A DNA stretch of 64,000 nucleotides from Utricularia gibba (Eukaryota > Plantae > Magnoliophyta): contig CM007989.1 of assembly GCA_002189035.1 (NCBI GenBank), positions 7,502,001 to 7,566,000 on the forward strand, given 5' to 3'. The translations under genes and the position numbers were made by a program. The notes under the pieces were generated by a model, which ran no database searches, was not told where the DNA came from, and saw nothing but the letters and a program-made list of their open reading frames with translations. Below, piece by piece: positions 1 through 12,701 of this stretch; position 1 is the stretch's first letter; every line of letters starts with the position of its first letter.

Positions 1-199
1 ATAAGATTAAGAATACTTTTTTTTATACAAGCACACATCTAATTTATCATTCGTAAATGATGTGGAATTTCGTTACTAGAGCTCTAACCTTGAATTCTCC
101 ATAACAAAAATATGTTAGAAACGGTTCTATAGAATAAAAGTTGTTCCACCCGTAGATTTGTACTGATTTAGCGGGATGATGGAGGATGCTTGGCGCTTT

Positions 200-990
200 T
201 ACCGAACAGGGTTCTGAGACCCTGTGGAGCTAAGTGTAATGGTCTCTCCAACGTCAAATTTGGCTACAAAAATGGACCATTAGGAGCTCTCCAGCGCCAA
301 TAATGCAGTGCATCATTATGCAGAACGGGAATCAGTGCCATTTAAAAGAGCTTATTCTATCTAAATAAGCTACCCAGGGACCGCTGCCAAGCTTAGCTTT
401 GCCGGTAGCTGTAAAAAACTGGTACCCAAAATCCTAACCGGAGTTTAATGTAATTGCTCCGGTGTGGGATGTCCCCCACGTAGCTTCCACCACTCTAAAC
501 TCAATATCATCCCGAGAGGTCACGTCCAGGTTCTGGAAAATGGAAAAGTGAGGCAACAGAAGGTGCTGCGAAGCATAAAACCTGGGGCGGGTCTGATTGC
601 AGCCTCTGTGAGTGACCCCTTTCAGTACGTTGAATGAAGAGATGGCGACGCATCGGAAAGTTGGATTCCGGCAACCGTCGGACGAATCTCGTTGCTCCAC
701 GTGAAAGATTAAGATATGGGACGAAGGTGGGGAGCACATCACCCCCCGTGCGGGTGCGGTAAGAGAGTCGTCCACTTGGGAAGGACTCGGCGCTGTCCAT
801 CCCCCACATTGACGACTGGCTCTTGTTTGCTTTCTGGGTCGGCGAATTAATAATGATGGACTGCTGTCTATTGAATCCGGCATGGGTTGGGTGGTTCTCC
901 CCTGACTGACCGCCCCTCTTGGTGTCCGGAGAAACAGAATCACCGCCCACGCACGGAAGCTGCCGGCTGCATCACCCATCATTGATTTAC
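200..990 (-). other. Possible unidentified spliced gene (no family recognised)
   Basis: GC-richer island with two overlapping long minus-strand ORFs (434-1003, 507-950) and plausible GT/AG junctions (acceptor ttccattttccag| before NLDVTSRDDIEFRVVEATWG, donor CTCCG|gttagg near 437). No recognisable domain; exon structure ambiguous. Confidence 0.25.
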
Positions 991-1571
991 AAATTTTTAA
1001 CACACAAGTTTATTGGTAACTAGATAGTTTGGAACTTTGTTTTGAAATTAAAGATTAGATGGATAGAAGTAATACATAAAAATCGAATATACAAGAAACA
1101 TGAATTATATTATAAAAGATTAGATTTAATCGATTATTAATAATCTATACTTTTTTATATACTTGATTATTTTAATTTGATGAAATTCGTTATTCTAATA
1201 ATTTGAACCTATATTCCAAATATCATCATTTGGAAAACGGACTCGATGGGTTCGACCCACTACCGGTGTACTGGAATTTTTTTGGGCCTGGAGATCAGAA
1301 TGCTGGGCCTGTTGGGGTTGAGTGGCGGATGGTAGCTGTTGGGCCTGAGATTGATGCGTGGGGACCCAATGAAGGGAGGAGCCCTAGGGGTGCCATGTGT
1401 CACGATCTGGTGAGACCCGAGAGGGGTGAGATTGTCTTGGACCGTTGATTCCGGGGCAGGGGGGTATATAGGGGGTGTAGGCTGGGTGGGGGGCGGGGGT
1501 GGGGGTCCTATTCCAAGCTGTTAGATAAAAAAGTGGGTCCAAAGAACTCGAAGCCGCGGGGAGACGTATAC

Positions 1572-2468
1572 ATGGAACCCATCCATCAAACCTCGCACAA
1601 CGAGAGCCTCCAATCTCCACGTGATGAATCCGCCGACCCGCTTCTCCGCCGAGAGGACTCCATCGCCGCCCTCGAAACTCCGCCTCCGGAGGACGGGACT
1701 GTCAAGGAGGAGCCGTCTGATGTTGATTTATTCGCCGCGTCTGGGTCGATTCAGCATCTAGGCGCGCCGGCTAAGAGATCCAACAAGGACCGCCACACCA
1801 AGGTAGAAGGTCGCGGCCGGAGAATCCGGATGCCGGCGGCTTGCGCTGCACGGATATTTCAACTGACGAGGGAACTCGGTCACAAATCCGACGGCGAGAC
1901 GATTCGTTGGTTGCTCGAGCGGGCAGAGCCGGCGATCATCGAGGCCACTGGAACCGGGACAGTCCCTGCGATCGCGGTCTCAGTCGACGGCGCGTTAAGA
2001 ATCCCAACAAGCCCTAGCCCAGCCGCAGCGGAATCATCCGCCGCCTCCGAGGTCGGTAAGAAACGGCGTAAAAGGGCTTCAAATAGTGACTCCTACGAGG
2101 TTAACGATCCGTCGCGGTTCGCCCCGATCACACCTGTGGCGCCTCATGGACTGGTCCCCGTTTTCCCAAACGGCGCATTTTTCATGATTCCTCCGGGCGG
2201 CGGCGGCCCATCCAGCCAACCCCAATTTTGGGCCATTCCGGCAACTGCAACCCCTGTTTTCAACGTGGCCGCAAGACCCATGTCCAACGCCATCACTTTC
2301 GCCCCTCCCACCGCCGAACACGGCGGTGCAACAGAGATGGTGAGGGGGGATATCAGTTTGAATATCTACGACGAGAACAAGAAGGAGCTTCAGCTCTTGG
2401 GAGGAGACAAGAGCGATAAGTTGGAGCAGACCCCATCTCCCAAAGCCTGCGGCAAAAAAGACAAGTAA
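1572..2468 (+). CDS. Class I TCP transcription factor (TCP9/TCP19-like), intronless
   Basis: TCP domain [59 protein letters not shown]; first ATG at 1572; C-terminal KKELQLLG motif. Confidence 0.93.
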   Translation: MEPIHQTSHNESLQSPRDESADPLLRREDSIAALETPPPEDGTVKEEPSDVDLFAASGSIQHLGAPAKRSNKDRHTKVEGRGRRIRMPAACAARIFQLTRELGHKSDGETIRWLLERAEPAIIEATGTGTVPAIAVSVDGALRIPTSPSPAAAESSAASEVGKKRRKRASNSDSYEVNDPSRFAPITPVAPHGLVPVFPNGAFFMIPPGGGGPSSQPQFWAIPATATPVFNVAARPMSNAITFAPPTAEHGGATEMVRGDISLNIYDENKKELQLLGGDKSDKLEQTPSPKACGKKDK

Positions 2469-5260
2469 CTTGAAGAAGAATTTGCATTGCATTGCACTCT
2501 AGGGTTCTACGCCCAATCTGACATGAGATAATTGGCATACAGACCTGATCCCTGCAGATGTTTGGTCCATTTACTTTGAAATTTCATTCCTCAAAATTTA
2601 ATGTTCTTCAGAAGTTCCCCAAGTTGTGACCCTCTGATGTGGGGCTTTTTGGCTGGTTTACTTCTTTATTTCCGCTTCTACGAACACCGAAATTGTCTCT
2701 TAAATGAAAGCTGCAGAAGAAGTGATACAAAAGCCACAACACTTGAGGAAAGGAGAAAAGAATCGTATGCCAAAACCTGATCTGTAGAATGGCGGCACGT
2801 GCAATGGAGCAGCGCACGTGAGAAGTGGGCCCCTGGGAGAAAAGGGAAGGTGTGGTCATCTTCCGGGGGAGGAAAATGTGGACCACCACCACATCAGTGG
2901 GCCTTATACTGCAGTGGCATGGTGGTCCCTTCGCTGCTGCTCGTCTGCTAGTCTGGGGTGATGGGCCCCGGAATACAGTGAGGCTGGATCAGGATGGCGA
3001 CACGTGTCCGTCGACCAGATCTTGAGGGAGTGTCGACTCGCTGCTGGTCTCCATGAAAATGAAGGAAGAGGCCCGGCCGTCCATGCCTGCTTCCTCCCCT
3101 TCAGTAAAAGATACCCGCAGATTTTTGAAGGAAAGGGGGCTTTCAATCTCTGTGATCCCCCCGCTGAAGAATACCTTCTCACCTGAAGTTGTAAAAACAA
3201 GGTACCATGTTTGATCCCAGTCAATGAAAGCAATAGAAGGATTTCGTCTCATATCAAGACAAATATGAAAAGATGCAATCCTATTCTATGCCTCCTCCCC
3301 TTTTGTCTCATGAACATTCAAGTAATGATGAAGGAATATGAGCTTTCAAGTAAGCCTTATAACCTAAAGATGTAATCCTATTCTATGCTAATGAAGTTTA
3401 GGTGGTCATGCTTGATTCTACCGGGAGTATTTAGTGCATTAGAAGAGCAACAATTCTGACCTGAGGCATACATATGAGTAAAACAACTTGTATCTGTCTA
3501 CCCCAATACATGGTAAACTCTACCTCAGCAACAATGGCATTTATAGCGCTGGAAGATTACTCATCTTGATACGCAGTCGCTCTGCAGCTTCAACTAAGCA
3601 TTTTCAGGTGACGGACCTCCTCCCCCCAAGATCTACTCTTTCACAAATATCAGGAGCCAACGTATGTGCACCTCCACAACACACAGATCCTGCAAATCTG
3701 AACATACATCAGTAGGATATCACACAGACTCTTCTCGAGCATCAAGAGGATACTTGGAAAGCCGATCAGAACCCAACATTTCAATCATGCAACACAACAA
3801 AACAACAGAGAAGTTCCAAATCAGAAGCCACACGAAACCCTTATAACAGAATCCAACAACCTAATTTTCTAAAATCGCACAAAAAACTAACCATCCGGCG
3901 TGCAAAACAAACAAATGCAACTCATCCCGTAGCCAGCAACCTGTTCTGAAACGGTGAAATGCGGTACGAATTGAGAAGGGGGCAAGCTTAACGAATAGAG
4001 GAACCATTTTCCCCAATTCGGGGACAACAAACCCTCAATTTGGGCCTGCGATGGGCCCGGTCTTGTCTCTAGGGCTTGCAGTCTTTCTTTTTTGTTTCCC
4101 GTGTTCATGATGTTTATTGGATTTATTTCGTGCGAATATGATAATTAATAAATCATATATTTTTAAATATTTTAAAATTATTTTTTTATAATTTGAATTA
4201 TTAATTGGTATATTTAAAAATTATAAAACTATTTGAATTTTTCTAGCTTATTAACATTAACCGTATTTGTGTAATAGTCTTTCTAATATTAGAATTAATT
4301 ATTGACTGAATAACACTCAATTTATATACATATTATAAAAATTCGACCACTCAAATACTCATTTTTTGAGTATGTAGATGGTATACATAAATGAATGAGA
4401 GATTAATTATATCAATGCATTTTTTTCTCATTTATATCTCTTCAAAAATTATTTCTACTTTCAAATTCTAGTTGTGTTTTTCTTGTAAGTCTTTCACTTA
4501 GATCTCTATTCTTGTATATCAAATACATAATTTGTTATATACTTGATAATTGAATATATATATATATATATACCCAATTAAATTAAATTTAAACATACTA
4601 ATACTTTATTATAAAATGAACTGATAGTGTCTTATTGCTACACGTGCAACATAGATTTAAATGGATTTCAAGACAAAACACACAGATTTTTACGTTAAAA
4701 GAGAACCGGAAGGAAAGCAAGGGGTCATGGAGGGTGACTCCATTTTTGCCATCTTTCTAACAGCAATCGACAAGGAAGTCCAATGAGTTAACTACACGCG
4801 TCCACAGGGGCAAGCCGAGAGATAAGGAACTAATCTCCACTGAAGTAAAGCCGCCACACTGCAAACGACCAGATTAAGGATAAAGCATGGAGTAATGCGC
4901 TCGCATTATCGGACAACGATATTCTAAACATTCCTTTAAACATATTCCTTGTGTTATGCAAACGCAGCTGTCCTTGAAACAATGAATAAAGTGGAGGAAT
5001 CTGCGTGTCGGAAGCAAAGGGAAATGAGCCACGTTGCTGGCTCATCCTCCATCCAATTGAGGGGGAGTTGGATGGGTACTGTGTGGATTGTGTTGTCAAC
5101 TTTTGATTCGCTGGTTGTCAAATCATCGTACTATGATTTGACATTGAAAGAACCTCCATTTACCCATCTTCGTTGCAAGCTTATATCCCTTTTTTTCTCG
5201 GGGGGAGCTGGTTTTTTACTTGAATTGCTGTGGTAACACCATTGGAGTGGGTTTCTCCAG

Positions 5261-5270
5261 CCATATTTGG
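5261..5270. promoter_or_regulatory. Perfect CArG box (CCATATTTGG) upstream of the SOC1-like gene
   Basis: Matches CC(A/T)6GG, ~600 bp upstream of the MADS ATG at 5877. Confidence 0.45.
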
Positions 5271-5876
5271 CTAAAACAGGATACTGGTACCAAAAAGATA
5301 GTTTCCTGCGTTACTGGTTTTTATCGTTTCATTTGTTGGGTTTAACTTTTTTTAGGCAGTTCCATTTTTGATTGTGAGCCAAAGACAAGAAACGGGATGA
5401 ATACGGGGTCTGTGTGTTTGTGGTCTACAGATAAAGAGATATCATCCCGATTTGAAGAGAAAGTCACCTTACTGTTTCATCGATTGCTGTTCTATTTTTT
5501 GCCATTCAAATGAAAAGTCTTGGAAAATAGTCTCTACCACTATTTCTATTCCACCAAGAATATCGTACCTTTCTTGCTCTTAAAAAACACACTAAAAATC
5601 AAATCTTTGGGTATCCCATATGCTGGAGTTGCGTGATATTTGCTTGTGTTATTCGACAAGGAGACCAAGCGTGAGTTGAGTTCAGGTGAGCTTTTAGGGT
5701 TTCTAGCTTTCCCAGTTTGGGAAGAAGGGATAAAAATGGCTCCGTGTTTGGATCTAGAGTCTTTCGTGGATCTTAAGTTCTTTCTGTTGTATATGGGAAA
5801 AAGCGTGAGGCTTTTGAAATGAAAACTTGATTCCTTACTGAATAACCCTTTTGAAATCACCTCATACAGAAGAAAA

Positions 5877-7199
5877 ATGGCAAGAGGAAAGGTTCAGCTG
5901 AGGCGGATCGAGAACGCGTCAAGCCGACAGGTGACGTTCTCGAAGCGGAGAAATGGTCTCCTGAAGAAGGCTTACGAGCTCTCAGTTCTCTGTGATGCAG
6001 AAGTTGCTTTGATCATCTTCTCCCAGAAGGGAAGACTTTATGAATTCTCGAGCTCCAGGTAAGATGATGATGGTCTCCTATGCTTCGATTTCTAAAAAAT
6101 ATTGCTTTTGTTACTCCTGTTCCTTGCTTATGCTTCCCCTTTTGTACTACTGTGATAATCTACTGTAACGCTTCCGCGGGACACATGCTTTGAGTTTCAA
6201 CGCAAGCTTTTTGACTTGTTTACACCTAACTCGTGCACATTCTTGTCAGTTTTGACCAAAAGTTCCTCCTCATTCATGAAACTAATGCATAATTTCCCTT
6301 GCTTTAGTGTGCAGAAGCTGATCCAAAAGTATCTGGAGCACAGGAAAGAGCAAACAACCGGGCCGGAAGCCGAAGAGCGCATTCAGGTTTGCATCGTTAA
6401 CATGGTGCTATGCTTCATTGTTTCAGGTGTGACTAAGCTTCAGTATTGGCGCAGCAACTGAAGCACGATGCAGCAATCTGTGCACAGAAGATCGAGCTGC
6501 TGGAGGCATCCCAAAGGTAAGCCAGCTCAGTTTTAGTCGCTTATTGTTCATACTCCATGGGATCTATATCGAGAAAACTAACAGGTTTGTGATGAGTGCC
6601 AGGAAGCTTTTAGGACAGGAGGTTGGATCTTGTTCGATGGAGGAGCTCCAGGAAATCGACAACCAGCTCGAGATAAGCCTCAACAAAATAAGATCAAGGA
6701 AGGTATGGTGCATATTAGAGTATTAGCAGAAGCTCCATTTTGTTCTGAAGATGCTGCTGTAGTAACCAATGCTGTTGGAAACTAATCTCACAGGCTCAGA
6801 TGTTCAATGATCAGATTGCAAAACTGCAAGAAAAGGTAATGAAAGTTTCCCCATTTCTATTCCTTTTTTTCCCCATGAATGCTGCATTCAAAGACCCTTT
6901 CCGAATTACAGGAGAAACTACTACTGCAAGTGAATCAGGCACTCAGTTTCAGGGTAAACTTGCTTTATCATTCCTCCACACTACCTCCGCACATTGTAAG
7001 ATGTCTCATGTAAATGAGGCATGAAAAGGAAAGTATTTCGTGCATTATTTCTAATGATTTCGCATGAAACTGCTGAAAACCACAGCTGCAGAACGAGTAC
7101 AAGCATGTGGAAGCGGGAAGCTGGTGCCACAGCACACAGAACTTGGAAGTGGTGACGGAGTTGTTCATTGGCCTTGGCGTGCCGACAACGAAGAACTAG
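5877..7199 (+). CDS. MIKC MADS-box protein, SOC1/TM3 clade (AGL42/SOC1-like), 7 coding exons
   Basis: MADS domain [43 protein letters not shown] (exon 5877-6058); K-box exons [21 protein letters not shown] / [26 protein letters not shown]; terminal exon with SOC1-type motif [14 protein letters not shown] at 7197-7199. Confidence 0.92.
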
Positions 7200-8285
7200 C
7201 AATCCATCACTGCAAACATAATTTATGTTTCTATGATCAAACAGGTTTTATTTCAGTCAAGGAATCATTTTGGACGACAATGATGCTTCAGTCCAATGGA
7301 TATCATTCAACACGAATTACTATTCACTACCCAGTGGTTGGATTCTACTAAAGCAGTGTCTGCAATAAAACAAACTGCTACCTCAACCCATTCGAGCTCC
7401 ATGTTCCTTCTCCGTTTTCGAAACAGCAGCTCTCGCATATGGTTGATCAAGATCAAGACTTCTTCCATCTGGGCGCCATCCCAAATGGCGGGGGGAGACT
7501 GTGGCCTTCTTTCCAATCTCTCCCAACTTCTTGATCATGCAAATTCCGGTCAATCCGCGTTCCCCCCCCCCCCCCCGCGAAGTGATATACCAAATCCCCA
7601 TTTCTCGGGCATAGAAAAAGGAAGGAATGAGATCCTCCTAACAAGCTTTCTCCGACTCAGCACGACTGGATCCCTGGCCCTGCTGATACACGGAACGAGC
7701 TTGTTTCAGAGGTGACTAAGAAACTAGAAACCCAGCAATTCCATAGTTCAAAAATTCAAATGCGAAGTTGTAAGGTGCACTATGCGGCCTGTGAATAGAA
7801 TAGGTTAATAAAATAAATGTCGGTGACTCGGTAGCCCATCCCATTCTATTTAAAATTTGAAAAAGAATCACTGTTGTGTATTTAAAAATGGGTTGAACGT
7901 ATTTTTTAATTTAATCACTTTTACAATATATTTAATCATGTTTAATAATTTTTAATTATATTTAAAATAGTTTTTAAAAAAATTAGTATTTAAATAGATT
8001 GAATTCAATATTCGGTTTAACAGGATCTAATCTTTCAATTAAATGCGTGATTTTAGAACTTTCATATTTAGACATTTGAATATTGTTAAATGTGTATTAT
8101 TTTGGACAATCATGCAAGAGAAAGATCTGGTCAACGTCATTTGTTAAAATAGGACGGTTAGATTTTTTTTGACCCCGCTACTTTTGGGAATTTCAAATGC
8201 CTCCCAAAAAAAGAGAAGAAAATAAGCAAATTCAAATTCCTTTCGTCCACAGATATAAAAATGGTTTCTTGTCACTGTGGAGAGT

Positions 8286-8295
8286 ACCAACGGTC
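8286..8295 (+). promoter_or_regulatory. MSA-like element (ACCAACGGTC) in the MAP65-3-like promoter/leader
   Basis: 9/10 match to YCYAACGGYY. MAP65-3/PLEIADE is a known MYB3R/MSA-regulated G2/M gene. Confidence 0.4.
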
Positions 8296-8895
8296 GAATT
8301 CCTTTTTTTGAATCTCTCGCTCCCAGATTCTGATTTCTGCTAGTGTTCTTGAGTTCAAGCCTCCATTTTGCGATTTTTTCATCATGTAAGTTGAATATTG
8401 CATCTAAGTTGTTTTGGTTTGTTCAGGAAATTTCGGTAGGTTCCGTTTGCGTTTTGCAAGTTTCGCGAGAACAGAAGGAAAATCGGAGGAGAGTGGTTGC
8501 TTTGTCAATTTTTGTTTGTTCCTGTGAATCTTGGTAGGGCGTGTATAGGATTTTTGTTGCGAAGTTTAAGCGGAGATCTGTCCTCCGATTTGTTGAGCTT
8601 TAGCTCTCCAATTAAGCGAAAAATTGGGTTTTTTTTTGCCGGAAAATGTGAACTGGGAGCGCCTTCTCCAGTTTACCCAAATTTTAGGTTTCCTCATTCC
8701 AAATAGATGTTAATGAAAATTAGTTTAACTGATAGCATATCCGCTGCCACGAGCATGGTCTGAGTAACGAAGATTTAAAGGATGACTTAAATCTTCATTT
8801 CGTTGTGAATTGCGATATTCAGCTCATCAGCTGGCTTGTCTCTGCAGCTCAGTTGTTTAAAGGTCAGTGAGTGTGGGCTCAGTTGATTTTATCCA

Positions 8896-11800
8896 ATGGA
8901 AACGACATGCGGGTCTCTTCTGAATGAACTTCAGGTATATAAACTTCTGGAGCCAAAGAAAAAATTTTGTTTTCCATTATTCATTTTTGCTTGACTTAAA
9001 CTATATTAGATAATTTGGGACGATGTTGGAGAATCGGACGCTGAGAAAGATAGAATGTTACTTGAACTTGAAAAAGAGTGCTTGGAGGTGTATAGGCGGA
9101 AAGTTGATCAGGCAAATAGGAATAGAGCTCAACTGCGGCAGGCCATTGCTGATGCTGAGGCTGAACTTGCCATGATCTGCTCCTCAATGGGTGAACGGCC
9201 CATACACATTATGCAGGTATCACCTGATTCCTTAATTCACATGATACGTCATATGACTTCTTTAGCCAGCATTGGAGTGTATGTTTTATTGTATGCTTTT
9301 CTGGACAGACCAATAAAAGCAGTGCGAAATTGAAGGCTCAACTCACTGATATCCTTCCACAAATAGAAGAAATGAGAAAGAGGAAATATGATAGACGAAA
9401 TCAATTCATCAAGATCTTAGAAGAGATACAGAGGATTAAATATGACATCCATGGGTCAGGAGCTCCAAACAATGTAGTAGTTGATGATACAGATCTGTCT
9501 CTAAGAAAGCTTGAAGACTTGCAAAAAGTGCTGCAGGGACTTGAAAAGGAAAAGGTTGCTTATTACGTTTTTGGATACACAGATACATTTTTTTAAAATT
9601 TCTAGTTATCAAGATTTTTAGTTAATATATTGTCCTGGATTTTCTTCTATTTTAATTTGCAGCATGAGCGCATGAACAAGGTACTGGACCACCTGAATCA
9701 ATTGTCTTCATGTTGCCTGGTGCTTGGATTAGACATCAAGCAAATTGCTAGTGAGATTCATCCCAGTTTAGGGGAATCAGAAGGTACCAAGAACATTAAC
9801 GACGATACAATAGAACAGCTTCAAAGAACAATACAAAGACTACGGAAGCTAAAAATGCAGAGGATGCAGCAGGTACTTCAGCTTTATGACATTCTAATTT
9901 GGATTCAAATTCAACTTACCTTCACAATTAAATATCTGGATTTGTTGGTTAGTTACAAGATTTGGCAACCTCCCTATTGGAGCTTTGGAATTTGATGGAC
10001 ACACCAGCTGAAGAGCAGCAAGTGTTTCAAAAGGTTACATGCAATATAGCTGCGTCAGAGGATGAAATAAATGAGCCTAATATGCTCTCTGCCAACTTCA
10101 TTGATTCTGTGAGTAAAAACATTTAGGCGTCACACTCTGTAAATATGGCTGCTTCCTTGCTTGAGTATGCCTAGAATATCCATAAACAAAAACTATTTGT
10201 GAATGGGTTTTCTTTTTTTTTTTTTTCTGTCTACCAGGTAAAGGATGAAGTTTCTAGATTGGAGGACTTGAAAGTATCCAAGATGAAGGAGCTTGTTCTG
10301 AAAAAGAAAGATGAGCTAGAAGATCTTTGTAGAAAGATACATTTTACTCCTCATGGCTCACCTGAACTAGCTATCGAAGCCATTGAATCTGGTGACTAGT
10401 TGATCACATTTGTTAAAATGTCATCATGCTTTTTTGCATTCCTATATTAACATTTGCTTCTATTTTTTCCTCATTTTGAAAGGAGCTGTTCATGCCTCCA
10501 CTGTGCTTGCACAGTATGAGCTTCAAATTTCTGAAGTCAAAGAGGAGGCTCTCAAACGAAAAGAAGTCCTTGAAAAGGTTGAGAAATGGATGGCTGCATG
10601 TGAGGAGGAGAGCTGGCTTGAGGAGTATAATAGGGTTCGTCCGACGCTGATTACAGTGGAAAATGGATTATCTTCAAAAGGTTGAGCTTGATAAAAACCA
10701 CTCTCTGTATATGGCAGGATGACAACCGATACAACGCTGGGAGAGGAGCACATTTAACTCTTAAGCGTGCTGAAAAAGCTCGCACCTTAGTCAATAAACT
10801 TCCAGGTATAACTGTTTACTAGTACTGTCCATTTACTCCTGCTGCGGTTCTAACTATGGGATATTGTCAATGGTGCTTGAATTAGCAATGGCGGATGCAT
10901 TGGCTTCAAAAGCAGCAGCATGGGAAAACGAGCATGGTGTCAATTTCACTTATGATGGTGTAAGGACATTTCTCCCAGCATCATAGATAAACACATATTA
11001 CTTTTCTTATTTACCAGAAGTGAGCTTGTAACTCGTTTGCTATATATCATCTAGGTCCGCCTGCTTTCGATGATTGAGAACTATAAGGTTTTGCGGCAAG
11101 AAAAAGAGCAAGAGCAGAAAAGGCAAAGGGTATGTTTCTCTTTTCCTTGATGATCGTAACGAGGTTGGCTTTTGGTTCTCATCTTTGTGAACTAATTTTA
11201 AACAGGAGCAAAAGAAACTCCAGGGACAGCTTCTCACTGAGCAGGAGGCACTTTATGGTTCAAAGCCAAGTCCAATGAAGAACCAGATCTCCAAAAAGGG
11301 TCGAAGATTGTCATGCGGTGGTGCAAGCAATAAAAGACTTTCTCTTGGTGGAGCTGCTATTCAGACTCCCAGGTCTAGTATGACTCCTTCAGCCAAGGCC
11401 ACCATCAACACACGCGATGCAAGAAGAAACGAACATGCAAATCTAGACACCGACCGATTTGCTGCCCTCTCCACAGGTAAGTTCTTGGATCACCCACAAG
11501 TGCATACTTTTCCTGTCACCAATCACCCCCATCAGTACCACTTTTCTTCTCTAATTCCACAGGTAGGAGAGGCTTGGATCTAGCTGGATTCCCCCTGAAA
11601 CAGCACTCTTTCAACCTGCAAACTGCCCGAGAGCCAGAATCAGCCATGAAGCGGAAGCCATTCTCTCCCATTTCTTCAACAGGCTCATCCAAGTCAAATG
11701 TCCCAAATATCTTGGAAGAGACGAGCAAAAAGCAAGATACATTCAGCACTCCTTCCAAGGCAGCACCTTCAGCTGAACTAGAAAACAGAACACCTCAAGC

Positions 11801-11969
11801 TGCAACTCTCCCTCTGCCTGCAACTCCCTCAGCAGCATTCATTCCAATGCAGACTGCCATGACTCCATACTGCCCGGCCTTGAACCCCATGGACAACGAG
11901 GCAGAGTACTCATTCGAGGAGAGAAGAGCTGCTTTTCTCTTTTCCAAAGCAAACTTGATGCAGGTTTAG
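8896..11969 (+). CDS. MAP65-3: 65-kDa microtubule-associated protein, MAP65-3/PLEIADE-like, ~12 exons
   Basis: [13 protein letters not shown]|IIWDDVGE...[38 protein letters not shown]; [35 protein letters not shown]; C-terminal [11 protein letters not shown]. Exons join in frame at GT-AG sites. Confidence 0.9.
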
Positions 11970-12701
11970 CATCTCTGTAACACAAGCATTTGGATGCCTG
12001 ATGAATTCTGAACACCCTGTTGCTCTTCTCACTCATCTGACGTGAGATTTGGCACCTTCTTTCACTTTGTTATGTTCTTCTCAGTGAGTAAAGAACCGAT
12101 TGAATTTGGTTCACCTCCTTTTTTGTATATTAAAAAAATAAATATTTTTTAAATTAATAATTATGCAATGCCACTAGGTCAACAACATTCGGTATTTTTT
12201 TAAAAATAAATGATTATTAAATTTTACTTCATGGACATCAAGCTTCTCCCTCAACCAAATTTGATGAATTTTTGAATTCCAGAATTTGAATATATTACAT
12301 AATTACTACTATTTATTTCAATTATTTCGTATTTATTTTCTCCAACGGTATTTGCGTGCGTAGAACTTCATTACGGGAAACCCTAATTTTGGGTCATAAA
12401 TATTATTAATTTTTTTCTTTTTTTTTTGTGTGTAATTACCCATTTCATCTCAGATTTTCTGGCAACTTTGAGGAGGCTACTGGCTAAGTAATATGATATG
12501 TTGGTCGGTTGGATTTTGCAGCTGCTGGTGCAAGTTCAAGTTCTCTTCTGGGTTAACGTCGCTGTCTTGTCTTGTAGTCAAGCTTCTTATATTGAAGTGA
12601 GGTTGTCTGTGTTGTTACTGTAATTATTCAAGTGCTGTAGTAGTCGGAGAATCTTTGAGGGGTTTAAGGATTTCTGAGTTTGGGGTTGCATCTGTCCACT
12701 T

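Noticed and set aside
1240-1265. GGTTCGAC T-loop-like motif suggesting a tRNA or SINE
   Set aside because: No acceptor, D or anticodon arms and no A-box could be folded.
2785-2825. GGCACGTGCA resembling the 3' end of miR164
   Set aside because: The 5' half does not match miR164 and no miRNA/miRNA* hairpin is evident; better explained as G-boxes.
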